Of a stretch of 20,000 nucleotides of DNA, positions 1 through 8,225 are shown in pieces. Numbering within the stretch: position 1 is the first letter of the stretch; every line of letters starts with the position of its first letter. Location: IMG/VR virus record IMGVR_UViG_3300012971_000927; one strand, 5' to 3'. The stretch is from an uncultured virus (IMG/VR IMGVR_UViG_3300012971_000927). Taxonomy: Duplodnaviria > Heunggongvirae > Uroviricota > Caudoviricetes. A model generated the notes under the pieces. It ran no database searches. It was not told where the DNA came from and was given only the letters and a program-made list of their open reading frames with translations. The translations under genes and the position numbers were made by a program.

Positions 1-149
1 ACGGCGAGAACTACGTCGAGATGGCGCTGAGCGACCAGGCCAAGAAGTGGTTCGTCCACAACCTGTTGGGCGACCATATCCCCGGCGTCGAACCGTACAC
101 CGAGGAAGAGCAGGAGTTGCTGTCCCACCTGGACCACCACGACGACTAA
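1..149 (+). CDS. 3' end of hypothetical protein (truncated by window start)
   Basis: Frame 3 open from the edge (GENYVEMALSDQAKKWF...LDHHDD) to TAA at 147-149; codon style matches neighbours. Confidence 0.7.
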   Translation, partial: GENYVEMALSDQAKKWFVHNLLGDHIPGVEPYTEEEQELLSHLDHHDD

Positions 150-161
150 CCGGAGCCAACC

Positions 162-377
162 GTGCGACGACCGATACCGCGTTACTTTACCCACGCCCAC
201 AACATCGAGGGCTGCCTTCGCAACGGCAGCTTCGTGCGCCAGACCGGCCAAAAACTGGTCCAGTACATCAACGGGGACTTCATGGGCGAGATTTTGGCCG
301 TGCCGGAGTCCATGACCGAGGTTGACGCCGCCCTGGCCCTGCGCCTGCTGCCCAAAGTGTGCGGCGGAAAATCGTGA
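162..377 (+). CDS. hypothetical phage protein, 71 aa
   Basis: GGAG at 152-155 before GTG; fills the gap in the co-oriented run. Confidence 0.7.
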   Translation: MRRPIPRYFTHAHNIEGCLRNGSFVRQTGQKLVQYINGDFMGEILAVPESMTEVDAALALRLLPKVCGGKS

Positions 378-400
378 ACGCTTTCCCGTTCCAGGGGCGG
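368..400 (+). promoter_or_regulatory. bipartite conserved motif copy 1 (AAAATCGTGAACGC-N7-TTCCAGGGGCGG)
   Basis: Near-identical to copies at 16984, 18708 and 18775; ends 37 nt upstream of the ATG at 438. Confidence 0.65.
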
Positions 401-437
401 GAAGGATGGATTCTTAACCCACAAACGGAGAACAGCC

Positions 438-1049
438 ATGAGCAAGATCGACCGTTTCGACCGCGACAACCTGCGCACCCTTCGGGCCGACCTGGACGCC
501 GCCCTCAACACGGTGGCCCAGAAGTACGGCATCAACCTCGCCCTGGGGACGGGGCGGTTCGACCCGGAGTCCGTGACCTGGAAGCTGACCGGCAACGTGG
601 TCCGCAGCGCCAACGTCAAGACCAAGGAAGCGCTCGACTTCGAGCGCTACGCCGCGTCCTGGGGCCTGGAGAAGTCGGACCTGGGTGCGGAATTCACCCA
701 GGGTCGCAAGCGCTTCCAGATCACCGGGGCCAAGCCGTCCAGCCACAAGTACCCGATTCTCGCCAAGGAACAGCGCTCCGGCAAGACCTACAAGTTCTCG
801 CCGGTGCTGGTGAAGATGTATCTGGGCAAGAAGCCCTCCGGCCCTGCCGTGGACGAGCAGTACGTCGTGGTTGAGGATGAGGGGCGCTATTTCGTGCTGG
901 ACACGACTTCCAACCGCCGGCTGCGTGGGCCGGAGCGTGACGGGGCTTTCAAGGACGAGGAAGACGCCCAGGACCACGCCGATATGCTGAGCATGGGCAC
1001 CCACCCCGCCAGCGTCCCGCCGGGGTTCAACAACCGCCACGAGGATTGA
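438..1049 (+). CDS. hypothetical phage protein, 203 aa, probably two domains
   Basis: GGAG RBS; high-GC3 codons; N-terminal part (FDRDNLRTLRADLDAAL...KPSSHKYPILA) resembles a recurrent phage hypothetical family (recollection only). Confidence 0.85.
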   Translation: MSKIDRFDRDNLRTLRADLDAALNTVAQKYGINLALGTGRFDPESVTWKLTGNVVRSANVKTKEALDFERYAASWGLEKSDLGAEFTQGRKRFQITGAKPSSHKYPILAKEQRSGKTYKFSPVLVKMYLGKKPSGPAVDEQYVVVEDEGRYFVLDTTSNRRLRGPERDGAFKDEEDAQDHADMLSMGTHPASVPPGFNNRHED

Positions 1050-1050
1050 C

Positions 1051-1647
1051 ATGATCTTCCGCACGAGCGACGGCTACACCCTGTTTCCCGTCAATGGCGA
1101 GTGGGTAGACAGCCCGGACCCGGAGAAGGTCGATCTGACCTTCCGGGCCGGGCCGGACGGCCTGCCCGTTGACGACCTGGGCACCCCGTTGGAGGGAAAG
1201 ATGGCGACGACCACGCTGGACCGTAAACAACTGACCGCCCTGGCCAACGAGTTGCGCGACCTGTGCCTGGGCCGGTGGGGGCCGACCAGGGAGCAACTGC
1301 TCGACGTGATCCAAAAGGCCCTCGAAGCGGGCAGCGTCGAACCACTGCGCCAGATCGACCCGGAGGCACGCTGGGGCGTGGTCAGCGCCCAACTGGAAGA
1401 ACTGCCCATCCATACCGATGACATGCCGGACGAGAGGCGGTGGTATTATTTCGTCCTGTCGGGCGGTGAGTGGTGGCCCTGCACCGGGGGAGAGGAAGTC
1501 AAGCACCCCGTCTACGGCCCGGTGCTGAACTACCGGATCGACTACGACAACGGCGAATGCGAGAGCGGCCCGGCCATGCCCGGCCATTGGGCACATTGCA
1601 GCGCCGACCACAACCCGTGCATCCCTTACAAGTACGACCTGGAATGA
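1051..1647 (+). CDS. hypothetical protein, 198 aa
   Basis: Starts 1 nt after the previous stop; GAGG upstream; possible second in-frame start at 1201 (GGAGGG RBS). Confidence 0.8.
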   Translation: MIFRTSDGYTLFPVNGEWVDSPDPEKVDLTFRAGPDGLPVDDLGTPLEGKMATTTLDRKQLTALANELRDLCLGRWGPTREQLLDVIQKALEAGSVEPLRQIDPEARWGVVSAQLEELPIHTDDMPDERRWYYFVLSGGEWWPCTGGEEVKHPVYGPVLNYRIDYDNGECESGPAMPGHWAHCSADHNPCIPYKYDLE

Positions 1648-1871
1648 GCGCACGCCGCAACACCGCCGTCGCCCAATGCTTCTGCTGCGAAGCGCCGGTC
1701 GCAGCCGGCAAGGGCTGGATTTACAAATACACGGTCGAGCATGACGGATTTAACCGCAGTACCGACGTGGTGAAGTGCGAGCTATGCAAGTCGCTGGGCA
1801 TTACGCTCAAGCCGGCCCGCGAGCTACGCGATTCAATCAGTGAAATCTTCAAACCAACTCAGGAGAACTGA
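1644..1871 (+). CDS. small Cys-rich (Zn-ribbon-like) protein, 75 aa
   Basis: ATGA overlap with the previous gene; CFCC...CELC. Confidence 0.75.
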   Translation: MSARRNTAVAQCFCCEAPVAAGKGWIYKYTVEHDGFNRSTDVVKCELCKSLGITLKPARELRDSISEIFKPTQEN

Positions 1872-1872
1872 C

Positions 1873-2145
1873 GTGGACACCATGAAGTATCTTGTTGAGT
1901 GCAAGGCGGACAACCAGAAGTTCAACGTTCGCTTCGCCACCTACGACGAGGCGATGACCTTCTTCCACGCCTTCCACGCTTCCGCCGATTTTCAAAACGC
2001 CGTGGTCAAGGAATGGGTGCCCCATCGGGGCTATTTTATCGCCCAACTTTGCCGCGAGCGCAACGTCCCGGTGACCGATCTACAGCCCAGCGAGCCGTTG
2101 GCCCCCAGCGACCTGTTGGGCGTGCCGAGAGAGGAGGGGGTCTGA
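1873..2145 (+). CDS. hypothetical protein, ~90 aa
   Basis: AGGAG at 1861-1865 before GTG 1873 (alternative ATG 1882). Confidence 0.75.
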   Translation: MDTMKYLVECKADNQKFNVRFATYDEAMTFFHAFHASADFQNAVVKEWVPHRGYFIAQLCRERNVPVTDLQPSEPLAPSDLLGVPREEGV

Positions 2146-2378
2146 TGCGCCACCTGATTGAATTCCGCGCCAACGCCAGCCTCCCCATCGAACGCAAGGG
2201 CATTACCGTTGCCTTTCACGTCGAGCGAGGCGCTTCGTGCGAGGCGGACGTGCGCTGCTATGTCATCAAAACCGATACCAACTATGTCGAGGTCGCGGAC
2301 ATTGAGATGCTGGGGGGCACGATCAAGGCCGTCCCCTGCCAGTCCTTTAAGTTCATCGACAAGGAACCTCAGCCATGA
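2145..2378 (+). CDS. hypothetical protein, 77 aa (beta-rich)
   Basis: TGATG overlap; GAGGAGG RBS; MRHLIEFRANASL... Confidence 0.8.
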   Translation: MRHLIEFRANASLPIERKGITVAFHVERGASCEADVRCYVIKTDTNYVEVADIEMLGGTIKAVPCQSFKFIDKEPQP

Positions 2379-2776
2379 AAAGCTACATCGTGCAGGCTTT
2401 TTCTTTTACAAACAAAAGTGGCGGCACTGGCATGTGGCGCAAAGGCCAGAAAAACCAGTTCGACCCGCCGTTTAAGGGCACGGCCATCGTCACCGTGGAC
2501 CGCGACTTCCACGACTATGAGACGGGCCGGCGCTGCATCGGCACCGCCAAGTCGCCGGAGTTGCTGGAGTACATGCGCAAGAACGCCCACCCCGGCGACC
2601 AGCGCGTGTTCTTCAGTGGCTTCGATATTGTCAAGGAAGAAGTCACCAAGGACGAATTGGCCGACGCCCTGGAGCAGCTTTACCTCGCCAACGTGCGGGG
2701 CGTCCAATTCGGCACCGACCTGCGGCTCAAGGTCGCCAGAAACCTTCTGGTGGCCCTGGGCCGCACTGTGGAGTAA
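2375..2776 (+). CDS. hypothetical protein, 133 aa
   Basis: ATGA overlap; AAGGA RBS. Confidence 0.8.
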   Translation: MKSYIVQAFSFTNKSGGTGMWRKGQKNQFDPPFKGTAIVTVDRDFHDYETGRRCIGTAKSPELLEYMRKNAHPGDQRVFFSGFDIVKEEVTKDELADALEQLYLANVRGVQFGTDLRLKVARNLLVALGRTVE

Positions 2777-2780
2777 AATC

Positions 2781-3068
2781 ATGCGCATGAGCAAGGACCG
2801 CTATGCCGCGCTGACAACCGGCGTGCCCTATAAACCAGGCCGCACGCCGAGCAAGCAGCAGGCCCGGTGGTTGCGGCGGCTCCCCAACGTGCGGGAACTG
2901 CGCAGGATGAACGGCAACCACGCTCGCACCGTTAAGTCCGTTATTGAGGCGGGCTGGGCCGAGTGGAAGGGCAGTGGGGATTGGGCCGACCTTGTATTAA
3001 CCGAGGCCGGCAAGGCAGCCCTGGAGCGTTACCAGGCCAAACCAAAGGAGAAACGACATGCTCACTGA
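2781..3068 (+). CDS. hypothetical basic protein, possibly winged-helix-like, ~95 aa
   Basis: Starts just after the previous stop; C-terminal VIEAGWAE...LTEAGKAAL resembles a wHTH wing and recognition pattern. Confidence 0.65.
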   Translation: MRMSKDRYAALTTGVPYKPGRTPSKQQARWLRRLPNVRELRRMNGNHARTVKSVIEAGWAEWKGSGDWADLVLTEAGKAALERYQAKPKEKRHAH

Positions 3069-3285
3069 TCGCCGCGTGGCTGAGATCAACGCCACGCTAA
3101 AGGGCAGCAAGGTGGACAAGGCCCAGGCTTACGACAAGGACGTGGCCGAGCTACTGGCCGAGGTCCAGCGCCTCAAGAACGACAACCGCCTGCTCAACAC
3201 CGACAAGGACCGGCTGCGCGAACTGGAGCGGCTGGAAGTGGCATTGGCGTCGGTCGGCTACAGCCGTGGCCCGACTGCCGGCTGA
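3058..3285 (+). CDS. small coiled-coil hypothetical protein, 75 aa
   Basis: AAGGAG RBS; heptad-like LLAEVQRLKNDNRLL. Confidence 0.8.
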   Translation: MLTDRRVAEINATLKGSKVDKAQAYDKDVAELLAEVQRLKNDNRLLNTDKDRLRELERLEVALASVGYSRGPTAG

Positions 3286-3291
3286 ATTTGC

Positions 3292-3321
3292 TTTACGACT
3301 GGCCCTGCCGGGACGTAGGAT
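3292..3321 (+). promoter_or_regulatory. sigma70-like promoter (TTTACG-N18-TAGGAT)
   Basis: Intergenic, upstream of 3362; flank TTGCTTTAC-ACTG shared with the promoter at 18654. Confidence 0.5.
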
Positions 3322-3361
3322 AGACGCCGGGGGCATCACACAAACACCAAGGGAGAGAATC

Positions 3362-4459
3362 ATGGGGAAGGGTGCCATTCTCGACATCATCCGCGAGGCG
3401 CTGGAACACCTGCGCAAGCGGAACGACCCGTTCCACGAGATCGCCGCCGAGTGCGACACGATCCAGCGTGCCGTCACCGAACTGCGCAAGATGGACTCCA
3501 GCAAGGGCCAGTACATCGAACAACTCAAGGCGGACCTGGAGAAAGAACGCCAGGCCCACGCGAAGTTAAGAAGCGAAGCCGCCAGCGTCGATGCCAGGAT
3601 CAGAGACGCCAACCAGAAGGAACAGCAGGTCGCGGCCCACGCCCGATCCGCCTGCGCCCTGGCCCAGAAGATCATGGTGTTCCATGAAAACTTCCGCATG
3701 GAAGGGCTGGAGAAGAAGCTGGGGGAGGAGTACAGCAGCCTCAAGCGTTTCTGCCACGCCATCGCCAAGGAAATCCAGACCAACTTCCGCAGGCGGCGGG
3801 ATGTCAAGCCCGATGACATCATGGAACTGTTCGTCAAGCAGATGGACGCCGTGCAACGCTGCGCCACCGACCGGGAGGATTTGATCTACGAGTCCTGTCG
3901 GCAAACCATTATCAACTTCTCGATCTATCTCGCCGCCGCCATCACCAAGTTTGGACCCATCGTGGTGGACGAGAACACCGAACTGGAGCCGATGGAGTTT
4001 GTCGTGGAAGGTGAGCCGCCCATTCGGTTCACCGTCCGCGCCAAGACCGAGGAGGAAACCGCCCAGGACCAGGCCATCGAGTACCGGGCCAAGGTCAACA
4101 GCATGATGGACAGCGTGCGCAATTTCACCAACCTCAACCAGCCCAAGGACGAGGACGAGGAACCGGACCCCAATAAAGCCACCATCGTGGTGGACGACGA
4201 CGGCCTGCGGCTCGTGGCTCGCCACCTTGTCCGTGGGCAGTGCGACAAGATCAAGCCGCCCCTGGACCCGGACACCAATATCCCCATCAACTACGTTGTG
4301 GAAAACGACCAGACCGGCGAAATGACGGTCCAGTGCGGGCTGTGCAAGAAGTCGCTGGGCACCTGCAAACTCAAGCAGGTCATCGACCACAACGGTCGCA
4401 CCTTCAAGGCCAGCGAAATCAACCAGATGAAGCCGGAGAATGGCGAAAATAAGAAATAA
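3362..4459 (+). CDS. hypothetical protein, 365 aa, N-terminal coiled coil, C-terminal Cys/His (possible Zn) domain
   Basis: GGGAG RBS before ATG 3362; heptad region; RH...C...VQCGLC. Confidence 0.85.
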   Translation: MGKGAILDIIREALEHLRKRNDPFHEIAAECDTIQRAVTELRKMDSSKGQYIEQLKADLEKERQAHAKLRSEAASVDARIRDANQKEQQVAAHARSACALAQKIMVFHENFRMEGLEKKLGEEYSSLKRFCHAIAKEIQTNFRRRRDVKPDDIMELFVKQMDAVQRCATDREDLIYESCRQTIINFSIYLAAAITKFGPIVVDENTELEPMEFVVEGEPPIRFTVRAKTEEETAQDQAIEYRAKVNSMMDSVRNFTNLNQPKDEDEEPDPNKATIVVDDDGLRLVARHLVRGQCDKIKPPLDPDTNIPINYVVENDQTGEMTVQCGLCKKSLGTCKLKQVIDHNGRTFKASEINQMKPENGENKK

Positions 4460-4468
4460 GGACGACAT

Positions 4469-4780
4469 ATGGCAAAGGCACGGATGCGCTATGTCTGGAA
4501 ACCCAAGTGGGCCGACTTGCCCAAGGAACTGCCCAAGAATATAACGCGGAAGGAACTGTTGTCCGCCGAAGACGTGGTGGACATATTCCTCCGCAACCAT
4601 TACTACTGGTTCACCGACCCCGACAACACCATGTACGACCAGAAGCCGGCGTACCGCACCCTGCTGCTGGAATATCTCAAGAACGGCGAGCAAATCCCCG
4701 GCCTGGACTATTCCGCCGTGTACGCCATCGGCAAATTCAACAACGAGTGGCTTTTGCACTTTGAAACGAGGCTCGTATGA
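4469..4780 (+). CDS. hypothetical protein, 103 aa
   Basis: AAGGA RBS; operon context. Confidence 0.8.
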   Translation: MAKARMRYVWKPKWADLPKELPKNITRKELLSAEDVVDIFLRNHYYWFTDPDNTMYDQKPAYRTLLLEYLKNGEQIPGLDYSAVYAIGKFNNEWLLHFETRLV

Positions 4781-5262
4781 ACGAAGACGTGACCCACCTG
4801 GAAACCCTGATCCGCGACGGCAAGACCGAGGAGGCGCTTGCCCTGGTCGCCCGCATGAAGGAAGCCTTCAACACCAAAATCCCGGAGGGGCAGGCTCTCA
4901 ACCCGGTCACCATCCGGGGCGTGCTGACTCGCGGCAGCGCCGACCCGGTAAACATCACCCTGGGCCGGCTGTGGCTGTCCGAGAAGGACATGCGCCCGCC
5001 GGACAGCAAACCCACCACCCTGTCCAAACTGTGGCAAAAAGGCAATGACAAGGCCCAGCAAGGCCAGGCCGAGGGCATCGAGAAGTGCTTTAGCGTGGTA
5101 GTCTGGTGCGGCCCTGACAAGTACCCGCAGCCGCTCGCCACCGGCATCTTTGACGAGGACAAGATCATCGAGGCCCTGCGCCTCCTGTTTCCCAAGGGCG
5201 AGTTGATGGACAAATGGATTCTGGTCCAAAACGCCCTCAAGAACTTGCTTATGGGATTGTAG
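4777..5262 (+). CDS. hypothetical protein, 161 aa
   Basis: ATGA overlap; GAGG RBS. Confidence 0.8.
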   Translation: MNEDVTHLETLIRDGKTEEALALVARMKEAFNTKIPEGQALNPVTIRGVLTRGSADPVNITLGRLWLSEKDMRPPDSKPTTLSKLWQKGNDKAQQGQAEGIEKCFSVVVWCGPDKYPQPLATGIFDEDKIIEALRLLFPKGELMDKWILVQNALKNLLMGL

Positions 5263-5291
5263 TTTACAACCCCAAGTCCCAGGGGTAAAGT
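5263..5291 (+). promoter_or_regulatory. sigma70-like promoter (TTTACA-N17-TAAAGT)
   Basis: Canonical 17-bp spacing in a short intergenic gap. Confidence 0.6.
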
Positions 5292-5315
5292 AACGTGTCC
5301 TTCGGAGCGATCACC

Positions 5316-5723
5316 ATGAGCAAGCAGTCCTTCAACGCCGCCACCGTGCCCTGGTATGCCCACCCCGACACCAAGCCGGTGCGCCCCAGATCGCCCCGGC
5401 CCCTGCCCGAAGACGTGCTGCGCGACAAAATCCGCAAGGGCCGCTACATCCAGGCGCTCTACAATTGGGTGCGGGCCAACTGGCAGGAAGGCGACTACTT
5501 CTTCATGCTCCCTTCCGCGCCCAGCCACTCCCAATATAACATCGCCAGCCGCTACGGCATCTTCCGCTCCATGAAACCCCAAGGGGCGATGTCGCGCATT
5601 TTCGTGGAGTGGCTGACCGAAGGACACAACATCAACCCGGAAGTCACCACGTTTTATAAACACGCGGTCAAACTCGACGCCGAGGGCGAGCCAGTGGAGT
5701 TGCCGCCGGTGGAAGTCAAATGA
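5316..5723 (+). CDS. hypothetical protein, 135 aa
   Basis: GGAG at 5304-5307 favours ATG 5316 over GTG 5295. Confidence 0.8.
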   Translation: MSKQSFNAATVPWYAHPDTKPVRPRSPRPLPEDVLRDKIRKGRYIQALYNWVRANWQEGDYFFMLPSAPSHSQYNIASRYGIFRSMKPQGAMSRIFVEWLTEGHNINPEVTTFYKHAVKLDAEGEPVELPPVEVK

Positions 5724-5956
5724 AGGACGTGCGGCTGATCTGTGAACCGAATGAATGGCGCTGGCCGGACGGCGGCACCGTGGCCAGCTTCCGCTCGTTC
5801 TTTGCTCACCTGCCCGCAAACGCCGCCGCCTTCGTCAACGGCAACCCGGCGGACGAAGAAGATTATGTCGAGCCGGGCGATACATTGGAATTCCTGCGGC
5901 TGTTCACCCGGAAAAGGACAACGTACCGCAGCATCGACGCCCATTGGGAGGTCTAA
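5720..5956 (+). CDS. ubiquitin-like (ThiS/MoaD-type beta-grasp) protein lacking a C-terminal Gly
   Basis: ATGA overlap; GxTV...AFVNGNPADEEDYVEPGDTLEF matches the VNG...GDxLEF beta-grasp signature. Confidence 0.65.
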   Translation: MKDVRLICEPNEWRWPDGGTVASFRSFFAHLPANAAAFVNGNPADEEDYVEPGDTLEFLRLFTRKRTTYRSIDAHWEV

Positions 5957-5957
5957 A

Positions 5958-6245
5958 ATGTTCGCACTGGCGTTGTTGGTGATGATGCCCGCCGCCGAAG
6001 CGCCGGCCCTGGCCCAGAAAGCCTACTTCCGGGTGCTGATTGACGAGGGCAGCGTCGTCTATATCGACGGCGACAAGGCCAACATGCGGGGCCGCACCGA
6101 GCGCACTTTCCAAACGCCCTTTCTGCTCCAGGCCAGATATTACTACACCTTCAAGATTGTCTACGCCTCTGGCCGCGAGATCAGCCGCCGCGTCTACTTC
6201 CAGCCCGGTGACAGTATCAAACTCGACTACAGGAGCGAGAAGTGA
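5958..6245 (+). CDS. TIGR03000-like (Planctomycete domain) protein with signal peptide, 95 aa
   Basis: GGGAGG RBS; hydrophobic N-terminus ending ALA; VYIDG...GRTERTFQTP.L...YYYTFK...RRVYFQPGD...LDY fits the TIGR03000 pattern. Confidence 0.7.
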   Translation: MFALALLVMMPAAEAPALAQKAYFRVLIDEGSVVYIDGDKANMRGRTERTFQTPFLLQARYYYTFKIVYASGREISRRVYFQPGDSIKLDYRSEK

Positions 6246-6559
6246 GTACCCTGTACCAACAGTCCGCGCCCACGTTCGGCCACGGCGAGGCCAACTTCCC
6301 CGCCGACTACGAAGCCGTGGCCGAAATCGACTCGGACGACCCCGACGTGGTTTTTCAAATTACAAACGTCTGGCCGGACGACGAACCCCGGCTGCGTTTG
6401 TTCAAGCGCTGCCGCTCCACGTCCGTGGGCGACATCGTGCTGACGACCGACCATCATCTGCACCTGTGCCTGCCCCTGGGCTGGAAAGACCTGGGCCAAT
6501 ATAATGGCCAGGCCATTCCCGTCCCCGGCAATCTCTACGAGGGCCTGTCCAATGAGTAG
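6242..6559 (+). CDS. YodL-like domain protein, 105 aa
   Basis: GTGA overlap; DYEAVAEI...VFQITN...RSTSVGDIVL...LGW matches the YodL RS(L/T)SVGD(I/V)V signature. Confidence 0.7.
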   Translation: MSTLYQQSAPTFGHGEANFPADYEAVAEIDSDDPDVVFQITNVWPDDEPRLRLFKRCRSTSVGDIVLTTDHHLHLCLPLGWKDLGQYNGQAIPVPGNLYEGLSNE

Positions 6560-7001
6560 CAAGCGTAAACAGTGGGTGGCCAAGTTGCTCGATACCGTGA
6601 TGGAACACTGGCACTGGCATGGCCACTGTCACCATCTCTGCTCCCACATCTGCAAGCCCGAAGACCCCGGCGAACCGTGGCACGTCGCCATCGCCCCCGC
6701 CCTCCAAGAAATCTCCGAACCCGGCCCCCGTGACGGCGAGTTGGTCTGGACGCCCTTTACCTTCGAGTTGGGCGACTTCATTTCCGCCAGGGGCGTCCAG
6801 CAATGCAACATGACCGGGTTCAGCCAGGGGCCGATGACCCCCACCCCCGAAATCGTCCTCGACCTGCTGTTTTATAACCGCCCTGTCATTCTCCACATCC
6901 TGCTCGAACCCCCCGAAGACGCCCAGCCGGTTGAAGTCCTCGAACCCAGGACCGGCAAGGTGCGCCACAAGTGCCCCAACCACAAGGAGGCCGACGAATA
7001 A
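6552..7001 (+). CDS. hypothetical protein, 149 aa, His/Cys-rich N-terminus
   Basis: Overlaps the previous stop; W.VAIAP...E...GPRDG...PF.F...ILHILLEPPEDAQP resembles a Planctomycete-associated hypothetical family (recollection only). Confidence 0.75.
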   Translation: MSSKRKQWVAKLLDTVMEHWHWHGHCHHLCSHICKPEDPGEPWHVAIAPALQEISEPGPRDGELVWTPFTFELGDFISARGVQQCNMTGFSQGPMTPTPEIVLDLLFYNRPVILHILLEPPEDAQPVEVLEPRTGKVRHKCPNHKEADE

Positions 7002-7002
7002 C

Positions 7003-7398
7003 ATGGACCTTCAACGCCAGGCTCTTTTGAACCACGCCAAGGAATCGCTGAAGACCCACCGGGGGGCGACCTTCTACTTCAAGTACACCTGCAAGCACTG
7101 CAAGCGCCGCGTCTGCTTCTCCCGGCCCAACATTCTCTACGCCCACGGCGACTGCTACGTTTGTGGCGGGCGCACCAAGGTCGAAGGCGGCGGCTATATG
7201 CTCGTCTTCCCCACGGGCGAGCCGGACATCCCCAAGCCCAAGTCCGTCATCGAGGACCACGCCGGTGCCGGGCCGACCTGCTTCCGCCCCACCGAGGCCG
7301 TGGACATCCTCGCCGCCATCCAGCAAGTGCTGGGGCCGATGGGCAGCAACATCACCAACGTCGAGGAAAGTGGCAAGGAGGACCATGAAGCCAATTAA
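7003..7398 (+). CDS. Zn-ribbon protein, 131 aa
   Basis: AAGGAGG upstream; KYTCKHC...GDCYVCG. Confidence 0.8.
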   Translation: MDLQRQALLNHAKESLKTHRGATFYFKYTCKHCKRRVCFSRPNILYAHGDCYVCGGRTKVEGGGYMLVFPTGEPDIPKPKSVIEDHAGAGPTCFRPTEAVDILAAIQQVLGPMGSNITNVEESGKEDHEAN

Positions 7399-7415
7399 CC
7401 ATGAAGCCAATTAAC
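7382..7415 (+). repeat. 16-bp tandem duplication ACCATGAAGCCAATTA x2 at a gene junction
   Basis: Exact duplication 7382-7397 / 7398-7413. Confidence 0.95.
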
Positions 7416-7601
7416 ATCGACCGACCGGAAGACATCGCCCTGTTACAAAACGCCGAGGGGCTGACCGTGGGCGGCAGGCTGACCCTCCCCTCCGGCCTCC
7501 AGGTGCCCAACCCGCCCAAGGGCCATCGCTGGGTAGTCCACACGTCGCCTCTCCTCCAGATATATTGCGAAAGGATTTCCGATGAGTTGGAGCAAGTTTG
7601 A
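7401..7601 (+). CDS. hypothetical protein, 66 aa
   Basis: Fills the operon gap; its start lies in the second repeat copy. Confidence 0.65.
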   Translation: MKPINIDRPEDIALLQNAEGLTVGGRLTLPSGLQVPNPPKGHRWVVHTSPLLQIYCERISDELEQV

Positions 7602-7887
7602 AGACGACTGCCCCGGATGCAAGCCCGCTCTGGCCAGCGTCAAGACCGACGAGAACGGCCAGCCCATCATCAAAGGCGGGATGGCGATGGTGGGCGATCC
7701 GCTCCCCGACGACGACCCGCAAATGGTCGCCATCCTGCGTGTCTGGAACGAAACCACCACCCGCCAGGAGCGCGAGGCATATCATGCCGTCTGCTGCCTG
7801 GGTTCCCAAAGGCCCGACCACCAACGCCTGGCCGAAGGAATCTTCAAACGGATGCAAAAGGCCCTGAAGGAAGTCAAAGATGGGTAA
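7582..7887 (+). CDS. hypothetical protein with CPGC motif, 101 aa
   Basis: AAGGA RBS; overlaps both neighbours. Confidence 0.8.
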   Translation: MSWSKFEDDCPGCKPALASVKTDENGQPIIKGGMAMVGDPLPDDDPQMVAILRVWNETTTRQEREAYHAVCCLGSQRPDHQRLAEGIFKRMQKALKEVKDG

Positions 7888-8224
7888 CTGGCGTGATAAA
7901 CTCCTTCTGATCGGCCTGTACTCGGCCTTCATTGTCCTGGGCTGCGCGGGCCTGGCCTGCCTCCAGGTCTTTTTTCAGTTTACGGACCCGCTCTGGGCGC
8001 GTACTATAAACGACACCGCCCACGTCCTCTGGGGCGTGCTGTTGACGTGGGCCTGGATTTGGCTCATGCGGAGGAACATCTTCCGGGTGCGGACCCGCGA
8101 AGCGGACGCCTGCCTGCAACGCTCCGGTGAGTTGCTGGAACAGGCCCAACAAACGCTGGAGCGCATCACCGCCATTAACTCGTCGGGGGCTGTACCCAAG
8201 ACCGAGATCGACATGGAGATTTGA
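7880..8224 (+). CDS. membrane protein (2 TM helices plus a short coiled coil), 114 aa
   Basis: Two hydrophobic segments LLLIGLYSAFIVLGCAGLACL and VLWGVLLTWAWIWL. Confidence 0.75.
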   Translation: MGNWRDKLLLIGLYSAFIVLGCAGLACLQVFFQFTDPLWARTINDTAHVLWGVLLTWAWIWLMRRNIFRVRTREADACLQRSGELLEQAQQTLERITAINSSGAVPKTEIDMEI

Positions 8225-8225
8225 C

